A stretch of 64,000 bases of DNA, taken from Mobula hypostoma. Taxonomy: Eukaryota. Position 1 is the first letter of the stretch. Each line of letters starts with the position of its first letter. The stretch lies in the NCBI RefSeq assembly GCF_963921235.1, contig NC_086097.1:15128001-15192000 (forward strand), read 5' to 3'. The position numbers and the translations under genes are program-made. The notes under the pieces were generated by a model that ran no database searches, was not told the DNA's origin, and worked only from the letters and a program-made list of their open reading frames with translations. Positions 49,422 through 60,280 of this stretch are shown piece after piece.

Positions 49422-50029
49422 TATATGTCACCGTATACTACCCTGAGATTCATTTTCTTGTGGGCATTCTTAGTAATTACAAAGCAGCACAATAGAATCA
49501 GTGAAAAGCCAGAGACAAGATGAACAAACAACCAATGTGCAAAAGATAACAAACTGTGCAAACACAAATAAAAAAGTAAACCACAAAATAATAATAAATA
49601 AATAAGCAATAAATATCAAGAACAGGAGCTGTAGAGTCCTTGAGAGTGAGAATTAATTCATTGTTGAAGTGAGTGAAGTTCTCTGAGGATGAGCTTGTCA
49701 GGGCCTGAGGAACCGTTCATCCACAGACTCCAGCCCCAGATGCTAGTGAGAAGACTTCATACGTTTGACAGGGCTGGAAGTGGTTTTTCTGAATTCAGAG
49801 TTGGGTCGATTCGAAATGGTTAATCTGGTTTTCTTATTTCCTTGTTTCAGAGTAGCAAGGAAGGTACAAATGGATGATTGCTGGGTGATTTCACATAAGC
49901 ATTTAGGAATGAATCCTGTCTGTCAGAAAATACAGACGATGGGTCCAATCCTCACATTGTGGGTTAAGTTTTCATTTTGGTGTTTCACCCTGGCAAGCAC
50001 TTGCATTACAAGTTGGATGGAATTGATCG

Positions 50030-50500
50030 AAAGCAACGCACACACATAAAATGCTGGAGGAGCTCAGCAGGTCAGGCAGCATCCATGGAAATTAATAAAC
50101 AGTCAACATTTCAGGCCGAGACCCTCAGTCAGGACTGGAAAGGAAGGGGGAAGACGCCAGAATACAAAATGTGGGGGAGTACAAGGAGTACAAGTTAGAA
50201 GATGATAGGTGAAGCCAGGTGAAGGGGGGGGGGCAGGTTGTTGAAGTAAGAAGCTAGGAGGTAATAGGTGGGAAAAGTAAAGGGCTGGAGAAGAAGAAAT
50301 CAGATAGAGGGAGGTGATAGGCAAGTGAGAAGAAGAGGTGGGGGGGTGGCAGAGTGAGGAATTGAAGAAGAGGGAAAAGGAAGGGGCAACAAATTACCGG
50401 AAGTTGGAGAAATCGATGTTCATGCTATCATGTTGGAGGCAACTTTGACGGAATATGAGGTATTGCTTCTCCAATCTGACAATGGCCACATTGTGGTAGG
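50030..50500 (-). mobile_element. Penelope-like element 3' fragment
   Basis: Decayed hammerhead at 50101-50136 and a GIY-YIG C-terminal remnant at about 50395-50495. Confidence 0.8.
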
Positions 50501-51547
50501 ACGCCAAGTAACTATGGAAATAATTGAGTTTTAAATTACCCAGAGGCCTAGCCCATTATTCACCCCCACTGCCCTCTGTGCATAGGAAGCTCTCACAAAA
50601 TACAGTGGCTACTGCTGAGTAGCCAACCAGCATAAAGCTGCATGAGATTCCTGCTTCTTCTTCAAATGAGACCACTATACCGGCTAGAGTTTGGGATTAA
50701 TCAGAGCAGGGATTCCCATCTCCACAAAGACAGATTACCCCCTACCTCCTTAACCCAGCGCCCCAACATGGCCAGTCAGTCCACAACCAGGAGCCCCATC
50801 ACCAGGCACTAACACACCTCACCTTGATCACATAGGACGGTCTGACACATCTCCCCGAGTTTAAACCAGAAAGGAACGAGTAGTGCTCTGAAGAACAGTC
50901 CTTAAAAGAAATTAGGAAAAGTTAAAGATGGAAGTGAGAGAACATGTAAAGAACTGAGACAGACAACAAGATAAGCAAAAGGTTTAGGAAAACCAAAAAC
51001 ACCCAGAGACATTTAAAGGGAAACTACTGAAGATGAAATGTAAGGCAAAAAGGGATTAAAACTATAAGAAACAACGATTAATCTACACTGCTGGTATGCT
51101 GAAACCTGGGTTATTAACTTGGCCAAAGGGAGGTGCAGCCTACCTATGTAATTTAAACTGGCATGAAAAAGCTTGTGTTGACAATGGTGGCATTGATATG
51201 GTTGGACTGCCGATACTTGAAATATGAATTAAAAACTCTAAATACTGGTGAAACTCAGAAGGTCAGGAAACAGAGTTAGTTGTCTCAGGTGGAAGAACTG
51301 GGCTGATCAAAGTTCAAAGTAAATTCATTATCAAAGAATGTATATGTCACATGAGTTTCATTTTCTTTCAGGCATTCACAGGAGAACAAAGACATACAAT
51401 GAAAGACTACACACCAAGACTGACAAGGAACCAATGTGCAAAAGACAAACTGTGCAAATACAAAAAACACAAATAATAATAATGAATAAATAAGTGGGTT
51501 TTTGACAAATACTATTTGTGTTTCTCTTTCCATAGATGCTGACTGTA

Positions 51548-52688
51548 CTGCATTTGACAAGGCTCCACATGGTAGGCTTATTCAGAAAGTTAGAAGGCAT
51601 GGGATCCAGGGAAGTTTGGCCAGGTGGATTCAGAATTGGCTTGCCTGCAGAAGGCAGAGGGTGGTGGTGGAGGGAGTACATTCAGATTGGAGGATTGTGA
51701 CTATTGGTGTCCCACAAGGATCTGTTCTGGGACCTCTACTTTTCGTGATTTTTATTAACGACCTGGATGTGGGGGTAGAAGGGTGGGTTGGCAAGTTTGC
51801 AGACAACACAAAGGTTGGTGGTGTTGTAGATAGTGTAGAGGATTGTCAAAGATTGCAGAGAGACATTGATAGGATGCAGAACTGAGCTGAGAAGTGGCAG
51901 ATGGAGTTCAACCCGGAGAAGTGTGAGGTGGTACACTTTGGAAGGACAAACTCCAAGGCAGAGTACAAAGTAAATGGCAGGATACTTGGTAGTGTGGAGG
52001 AGCAGAGGGATCTCGGGGTACATGTCCACAGATCCCTGAAAGTTGCCTCACAGGTGGATAGGGTAGTTAAGAAAGCTTATGGGGTGTTAGCTTTCATAAG
52101 TCGAGGGATAGAATTTAAGAGTCGCAATGTAATGATGCAGCTCTATAAAACTCTGGTTAGGCCACACTTGGAGTACTGTGTCCAGTTCTGGTCACCTCAC
52201 TATAGGAAGGATGTGGAAGCATTGGAAAGGGTACAGAGGAGATTTACCAGGATGCTGCCTGGTTTAGAGAGTATGCATTATGATCAGAGATTAAGGGAGC
52301 TAGGGCTTTACTCTTTGGAGAGAAGAAGGACGAGAGGAGACATGATAGAGGTGTACAAGATAATAAGAGGAATAGATAGAGTGGATAGCCAGTGCCTCTT
52401 CCCCAGGGCACCACTGCTCAATACAAGAGGACATGGCTTTAAGGTAAGGGGTGGGAAGTTCAAGGGGGATATTAGAGGAAGGTTTTTTACTCGGAGAGTG
52501 GTTGATGCGTGGAATACACTGCCTGAGTCAGTGGTCGAGGCAAATACACTAGTGAAGTTTAAGAGACTACTAGACAGGTATATGGAGGAATTTAAGGTGG
52601 GAGCTTATATGGGAGGCAGGGTTTGAGGGGCGGCACAATATTGTGGGCCGAAGGGCCTGTACTGTGCTGTACTATTCTATGTTCTATG
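51548..52688 (+). mobile_element. Young CR1 LINE, longest copy (RT core to 3' tail), one in-frame stop at 51883-51885
   Basis: AFDKAPH...GVPQGSVLGPLLFVIFINDL...KFADNTK, followed by the 241-aa ORF 51901..52626, near-identical to 17519..18151. Confidence 0.95.
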
Positions 52689-54177
52689 GTCTACTGTTGA
52701 ATGTTACTAGCATTTTATATTTCCAATTCATTAATGTTCTTTCAGAGGGGACGTTTGCTGCAGCGGCCTTGGCAACCAAATATCACTCCAGACCTAGTTT
52801 ACTTCACACCCCTCACTCCCACCACCACTGTAACCACAAGCTACTCTTCTCTAATGGATGGCCATTAAACATAGCAGTTACTGTGTCCCTTTTACAAAGT
52901 TCAAAGCATAGTTATTATCAAAGTATGTAGACATTATACAACCTTGTGATTCGTCTCCTTACAGGCAGTCACAAATTAAAAAGCCCAGAAGAACCTATCA
53001 AAAAGAAGTGTGACAAACACCCAATGTGCAGAGAAAGAAAAAAAAACAAATTGTACAAACAAGAAAAGTAAGCAAAGAGCATTTATAATCTAGGTAGTCC
53101 TCAGACACGAAGCCTGGACCTGGACAGCTTGAGGCATCGGAGTAAGTCTATAAAGAATACAATTGTACATTCTCCCTGTGACTGCATACTACATTCCCCC
53201 ATAAGCTCCCACAGTCCAAAGATGTACCAGTTAGTAGGTTAATTGGTGATTATAAATTCTCCTGTGATTAATCTAGGGTTAAGTAGGTGGGTCCCTGGGT
53301 TGCAAGGTCCTGTCCTGCACGGTATCTCTAAATAAATTAATAAATATTGGCCCCAGCGGTGACACATATATCGTGGGCACAGATATAAAATACTTTGTTT
53401 GAACTTCACGGCTCAAAGAGTCTCTTTTGTTACAAGGATCTTCAATGTACCACATCCTGCCTTAACTACATACAGCCCTGCGTGGCACCAATCTATTTGC
53501 TTTAAGGAGGAGAGCGATCAGCTCAAAGAATGCAGGAAATAAAGTCTGCTCTTTACATCATTGTTCAGTGTCGCAGGCAACACTCTCCTCTCATGAAGGT
53601 GTGGCCACTTTCAAGGATCAAGGATCAACTTCACCATTTACATTTACATGTGTTAGGAATTCGCTGTGGTGTGGTGGTGCGACGTGCAACGAAAAACATC
53701 ATTCAGAAATTATTTTTAAAAATCAACAAGTATATAAAAAAATAAACTAAGAAGTTAAAGTACAGATATGGAAAAAATTGAATAAGTACATAAATACCAA
53801 CATGTTTTAACAATGTAACACAGATAGAGGGGCAATGGGGGGAGCTAACTAGAATGGTTGATCAGATTAACTACCTCCCACCCAATCTGCATGGATGAAT
53901 GAGAATTACATCTGCTAGCTGGGTCTATCTGAATGATAGCAGGCTGATTTAAGCTCCTGGCAAAATAATGTTTGAAGCTTTACATGGAAGGATTTCTATT
54001 TCTGTTCAATGCATCCAAAGTCAACACAATTTCCTCCCTGATCGATCAGAACGGACAGGACATATGGGGTTCTTTAGACTAATGACAGCTGAGAGGTGAC
54101 CATGATAAAAGCACTATAACAACGTAGATTCAAGGATAGATAAAAAGAAACTAGCTAGATTTACGATAGATAAAAAG

Positions 54178-54795
54178 GGGACTTGGGGATTGGATTGTCT
54201 AAAGATTAATTTGCAGGTTGAATCAGTGATGAGGAAGGCAAATGCAATGTTGGGATTCATTTCACGAGGATTAGAATATAAAGACAAGAATGTAATGCTG
54301 AGGTTTTATAAGGCGCTGGTGAGGCATCACTTGGAATATTATGAGCTGTTTTGGGTCCCTCATCAAAGAAAAAATGTGCTGACATTGGAGAGGGTTCAAA
54401 GGAGGTTCACGAAAATGATTCCAGAATTGAAAGGCTTCTCATTGAAACCAATTGAATGTTGAAAGGTCTTGATAAGGTGGATGTGAAGAGGATGTTTCCT
54501 ATGGAGAGGGAACCTAAGACTAGATGACAGAGCCTCAGAATAGAGGGGCATCTACTTACAGAAATTTCTCTAGCCAGAGAGTAGTTAATCAGTGGAATTT
54601 GTTGCCATAGGTGGCTGTGGATGCCAATTCATTGGCTATATTTAAGGCAGAAGTTGATAAATTTTTGATTAGTTAGGGCACGAAGGGTTACGGGGAGATT
54701 GGGGCTGAGAGGGAAATGGATCAGCGATGATGAAATGGTGGAGCAGACTCGATGGGCCAAATGATCTAATTCCACTCCTATATCTTATGGTCTAA
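54178..54795 (+). mobile_element. Decayed CR1 LINE fragment
   Basis: LQVESVMRKANAMLGFISRGLEYK...LERVQRRFTKMIP. Confidence 0.85.
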
Positions 54796-55395
54796 ATTAG
54801 ATTAGATTATGAGGACACTCAGTCCTCGTTTATTGTCATTTAGGAAAGCATACATGCATTAAGAAATGATACAATGTTCCTCCAGAGTGATAACACAAAA
54901 AAAAGGACAAACCAAAGACTAACACTGACAAGACTACATAATTATAACATATAGTTACAGCAGTGCAAAGCAATTCCATAATTTAATAAAGAACAGACCA
55001 TGGGAATGGTAAAAAAAAGTCTCAAAGTTCCGATCGACTCCCGATAGTCCCCGATAACAGGCGGCAGAAGGGAGAAACTCTCTCTGCCATAAACCTCCAG
55101 GCACCGACAACTGTTGATGCGTTGAAAGCACCCGACCACAGCCAACTCTGAGTCTGTCCGAAAACTTCAAGCCTCCGACCACCCCTTCGACACCAAGTAC
55201 CGAGGACCATCTCTGCTGAGCACTTCAACTCCGTCCCGGCCGCCGAGCAACAAGCAAAGCCGAGGACTCTGGGCCTTCCCCTCCGGAGATTCTGGATCAC
55301 ACAGTAACAGCAGCAGCCATAAAGGCATTTCAGAAGTTTCTCCAGATGTTCTTCTGTTCTCTCATGTCTGTCTCCATCAAATCAGGATTGTTTGC
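54796..55395 (-). mobile_element. Non-coding interspersed repeat with a LINE-like (tctaa)n tail
   Basis: attagattagatt tail followed by tttattgtcatt (reverse aataaa) and a CpG-rich body. Confidence 0.5.
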
Positions 55396-55985
55396 ACATT
55401 AGTCAGGGGAATTGAGTTCAAGCGCTGTAAGGTAATGTTGCAGATCTATAAAACTCTGGCTAGATCACTCTTGAAGTATTGTCTGATCACCTCAGTATAG
55501 GAAGGATGTGGGAGCTTTAGAGAGGGTGCAGAAGGGATTTACCAGGATGCTACCTAGACTAGAGAACATGTCTTATGAGGATAGGTTGAGTGAGCTAGGT
55601 CTTATCTCTTTGGAGTAAAGGAGGATAAGAGGTGACTTTATAGAAGTGTACAAGTTGATTGAGCGGACAGCCAGAGACTTTTCCCAGGGCAGAAATAGGC
55701 TAACATGAAGGGACATAATTTTATGGTGATTGGAAGTAAGTATTGGGGGGTTGTCAGAAGTAAGTTTTTCACACAGGGAGTGGTGGGTGTGTAGAATGCC
55801 CTGCTGGTGGCAGATTCATTGGGAGTATTTAAGAAACTCTTAGATATGCACATGGATGATAAAAAATGGAGTGCTATGTAGAAGGGAAGGGTTAGATTGA
55901 TCTTAGATTAGGTTTAATGGTCAGCACAACATTGTGTAGGATGAAGGGCCTTCAGTGTGCTGTAACATTCTATGTTCTATGTTTG
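55396..55985 (+). mobile_element. CR1 LINE 3' fragment
   Basis: Decayed GIEFK..VMLQIYKTL...ERVQKGFTRMLP and a (ttctatg)n tail. Confidence 0.8.
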
Positions 55986-57773
55986 ACATGTGGGAGAAAC
56001 CGGAATCAAGGGCTGAAATAGAGGACAGTCACTAATAAGTGCAGCAAGGAATGCGGGAGGAACTGCTGCGGTCAGTGAACAGTGTGGAATGCTCCACTGG
56101 GAGCCAAATAGCCCAGGTGCTTGTAAAGGGAAGCCAGATAACCACAAGAGGGAGGAAGGAATAGAAGGTCAAGTTGATGGGGTGAGAAGAAGGAGGGTGG
56201 GAGGAGGCCAGTATGCAGGATAAACACCAGCAGGCACCCATGATCAAATGGCCCATTTCTGTGCTGTTTGTGCTGTGTAATCAGACTGGAAACTTTCTCG
56301 TTTTTGTTTTAGGCTCCCACCCAATGCTAAAGAAAAGCCATGCTTTTTCTTTCTTGAACAATTTACCACATGGATTCGCTCATCCCCACCTACGCTGGAT
56401 CCCATTCTCCTAATCTCACCCAGAGCTCCACAGAGCTGTTTCTTCATGGAGTATTCCTGCAATATCTTCCAGAAAGACATTATCAAATCAGTTTTCCACT
56501 GCCGTCATAGCAATGGCTTCTGGATTGATAATTCTAGACAACAAAGATTTTGCTTGTTGAATATTTTTGGGTATATCTTATGGATTTTGGACTGCTGTTC
56601 GTGAAAATCGCCATGAGATTCCCTATCACACACCATTGTTTTGAAATTGCTTATATTTGTTATTTCAATTCATAATTCATGCCTCACACCCACTAATACC
56701 TTGCTGCCTTCCAAACGAGTATGCTTTCCAGGAAAGCCTTTAGGGGGCGATAAATTCAAGTCATACTTCTAGGGGTACTGAGACCATAAGACATAAGAGC
56801 AGGATTAAGCTATTCGGCCCATCACATCTGCTCTGCCATGCCATCTGGGCTGATTTATTATCCCTCTCATTCTGAGGCTGAACCCAGTTCATTTCAATCT
56901 CGAGTGAATGATCAAACTTGACCTTACTGATTTACATGGAATGAGTGGGAGCAGCAGAAAATGTTTCCTCAACATCCACCCAGATATTTCAGGGTTATAT
57001 CTGTATATCTGCAGAAGAATGAGGGGGGGATCTCATTGAAAATATTGAAAGGCTGAGATAGAGTGGATGTGGACAGGATGTTTCCCATAGTGGATGAGTG
57101 TAGGAGCAGAAGGCACAGTCTCAAAATAGAGGGATGATGAGAAATTTCTTTAGCTAGTGAGTAGTAAATCTGAGGAATTCATTTTCAGGGCATCAAAGAT
57201 TTTGGGGAGAAAGCAGAATGGGGTTGAAAGAGATAATAAATCAGCCATGATGGATTGACAGAAAACCCGATGGGACAAATAGCCTAATTCTGCTCCAATG
57301 TCTTATGGTCTTTATGGTCTTACAAAGCTCTTCACTGAGTGTTGAACAAAGAACCACGGGTTGTCTCATTTCTCCACAAACCCAGAACTTGATGGTTAAG
57401 TCCACAACCCCTTGAATTAGCATCCACTTGCTCCACAACCACTGATGCAAGTGACCCAAGTTTTTTCCTAATTCTCATGCAACACACAATGCATAAAAGA
57501 TAGCTGCGTACATTGATGGATGACCGTCGTTAAGCAGATGAAATGCCAAGCAGTCACACGCTTAATTGAATGACTTGACCCAGGCTGCATTCTGATAGTT
57601 GGGTAATTGCTTACCCTGGGAAAGAAGTAAAAAAAAACAAAACAATAGATACCAAGACTGTAGGAAGCCAGCAGATCATAGCAGTAAAAACCATAAAAGC
57701 AGTAACACTGAGCAGCAGTCTATAAACATTACCCACAGATTTACGTTAAAGAGCTAAAACAATTTCACTACGT

Positions 57774-57871
57774 GAGTCCTGACGAAGGGTCTCGGCCTGA
57801 AACGTCGACTGTACCTCTTCCTAGAGATGCTGCCTGGCCTGCTGCGTTCACCAGCAACTTTGAGGTGTGTT
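57774..57871 (+). mobile_element. 98-bp Penelope-derived mini insertion (hammerhead plus short 3' tail) with a 7-bp TSD
   Basis: ACTACGT at 57767-57773 and 57872-57878. The insert matches about 1798-1897. Confidence 0.8.
57775..57810 (+). ncRNA. Minimal type I hammerhead ribozyme, intact core
   Basis: AGUC CUGACGA A GGGU CUCG GCCU GAAA CG UC GACU; the closing pair of stem II is G-U. Confidence 0.8.
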
Positions 57872-57894
57872 ACTACGTTGACTATGCAGATTGT

Positions 57895-59508
57895 ATTATA
57901 TTGCCTGGTTGCATCACAGCCTGGTATGGAAACACTAATGCTCTTGAATGGAATATCCTACAAAAAGTAGCGGGTATGGCCCCAGTCCATCATGGGTAAA
58001 GCCCTCACCACCATTGACCACATCTACATGAAATGCCGTCGCAGGAAAGCAGCAACCATCAACAGGGACCTCCAACACCCAGGACAAGCTCTCTTCTCAC
58101 TGCTGCCATCAGGAAGAAGGTACAAGAGCCTCAGGTATCACAGTACGTGTGCTTGCAACACTGTGTGTCCGCCAGAGTGATCAGCAGCACTGGGGCTCCA
58201 CAGGGGACTGTCTTGTCTCCCTTTCTCTTCACCATTTACACCTCGGACTTCAACTACTGCACAGAGTCTTGTCATCGTCAGAAGTTTCTGATGACTCTGC
58301 CATAGTTGGATGCATCAGCAAGGGAGATGAGACTGAGTACAGGGCTACGGTAGGAAACTTTGTCACATGGTGTGAGCAGAATTATCTACAGCTTAATGTG
58401 AACAAGACTAAGGAGCTGGTGGTAGACCTGAGGAGACTAAGGTACCGGTGACCCCTGTTTCCATCCAGGGGGGTCAGTGTGGACATGGTAGAGGATTACA
58501 AATACCTGGGGATACGAATTGACAATAAACTGGACTGGTCAAAGAACACTGAGGCTGTCTACAAGAAGGGTCAGAGCCATCTCTATTTCCTGAGGAGACT
58601 GAGGTCCTTTAACATCTGCTGGACGATGCTGAGGATGTTCTACGAGTCGGTGGTGGCCAGTGCTATCATGTTTGCTGTTGTGTGCTCGGGCAGCAGGCTG
58701 AGGGTAGCAGACACCAACAGAATGAACAAACTCATTCGTAAGGCCAGAGATGTTGTGGGGATGGAACTGGACTCGCTGACGGTGGTGTCTGAAAAGAGGA
58801 TGCTGTCCAAGTTGCATGCCATCTTGGATGATGTTTCCCATCCACTACATAATGTTCTGGTTGGGCACAGGAGTACATTCAGCCAGAGACTCATTCCACT
58901 GAGATGCAACACAGAGCGTCATAGGAAGTCATTCCTGCCTGTGGCCATCAAACTTTACAACTCCTCCCTTGGAGGGTCAGACACCCTGAGCCAATAGGCT
59001 GGTTCTGGACTTATTTCCTGGCATAATTCACATATTATTGTTTAACTATTTATGGTTTTATTACTATTTATTGTTTATGGTGCAACTGTAATGAAAACCA
59101 ATTTCCCCCGGGATCAATGAAGTATGACTATGACTATGAAGATTCACACCACCAGGTTCAGGAACAGTTATTACCCCCGAGCCATCAGGTTCTTGAACCA
59201 ACGGGGATAACTTCACTCAACTTCTCCTGCCCCATCACTGAAATGATTTGACAACCAATGGACTCACTTTCGAGGACTCCTCATCTCATGTTCTCAATAC
59301 TTATTGTTTATTTATTTATTATTATTATTTCTTCTTTTTGTATTTGCACAGTTTGTTGTCTTCTACCCTCTGGTTGACTGCCCCAGTCTTTCACTGATTC
59401 TGTTATGGTTATTATTCTATAGGTTTATTGAGTATGCCCCCAAGGAAAATGAATTTCAGGGTTGTTTATGGTGACATATATGTACTTTGATAATAAAATT
59501 TACTTTGG
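57895..59508 (+). mobile_element. Rex/Babar-like LINE 3' fragment split by a Rex1 insertion
   Basis: ILPGCITAWYGNT...LLPSGRRYKSLR up to about 58135, resuming at about 59141 with ttcacaccaccaggttcaggaacag. Confidence 0.8.
58165..59140 (+). mobile_element. 5'-truncated Rex1-type LINE
   Basis: SSTGAPQGTVLSPFLFTIYTSDF, SDDSAIVGCI, YKYLGIRIDNKLDW...SFLPVAIKLYNSS; two frameshifts and a (tatgac)n tail. Confidence 0.92.
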
Positions 59509-59569
59509 ATTGAGAAGCACAGAATAAGAAGAAGTTGGTAAAGCCACATATGGAGATTGCATGCAGTTC

Positions 59570-60090
59570 TGGCCAGTCTGTTTTTGGAAACTAAACTGCA
59601 GAAGAGTGCAAAAAGATTTAAGAAGATCTTACAGGACTGGAGGGTTTGAGTCATAAGGAAAGGCTGGATAGGTTTGGGTTTTTCTCCCTGGATCACAGGA
59701 GGCTGAGGAGTGACTTAAGAGTTTTATACAATCTCAAGGGCATGGATAAAGTGAATAGTCATGGTCTTTCCCCCTGGGTATGGGAGTCCAGAGCTAATGA
59801 GTGCATAGGTTTAAGGTGAGAGGGGAAAGATTTAAAGGGGACCTGAAGGGCAACTTAGGTGGCCCATACATGGAATAAGCTGCCAGAGGAAGTTCAAGAG
59901 GCACTTTTACATGTAAAAAGATATTTGGACAGGTACGTGAATATAGAGCAGAGGTTTCCAGCCTTTTTTAAGCCTTGTACTCCTACCATTAACTAAGGAG
60001 TTTGTGGACCCCAGGTTGAGAACCCCTGGTTTAGAGGGATATGGGCCAAAAGCAGGCAAATGGGACAATGGCTACTTGGTTGGCATGGTC
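59570..60090 (+). mobile_element. Decayed CR1 fragment hosting a hAT MITE
   Basis: RVQKRF...GLEGLSHKERLDRFG.FSL remnant. Confidence 0.7.
59949..60028. mobile_element. 80-bp hAT-type MITE
   Basis: TIRs cagaggtttcca / tgagaacccctg with 8-bp flanks ATATAGAG / GTTTAGAG. Confidence 0.7.
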
Positions 60091-60094
60091 AAAG

Positions 60095-60280
60095 TAATAC
60101 ACACAAAATGCTGGAAGAACTGAGCAGATCAGGCAGCATTTATAGAACTGAGTAAACTGCTGATGTTTCAGGCTGAGACCCTTCTTCAGGACTGAGAAGG
60201 AAGGGGGGAAATGCCAGAATGAAAAGACGGGTGTAGGGGGAAAGAGGCTAGCTGGAAGGTGGTAGATGAAGCCAGGTGGT
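60095..60280 (-). mobile_element. Penelope-like terminal repeat fragment
   Basis: The hammerhead at 60158-60193 keeps CUGAAGA, GAAA and AUC but has lost stem I pairing. Confidence 0.75.

Noticed and set aside
51502..52626. Functional or domesticated reverse transcriptase gene
   Set aside because: It is 5'-truncated, has an in-frame stop at 51883-51885 and FADN instead of FADD, and is near-identical to other CR1 copies.
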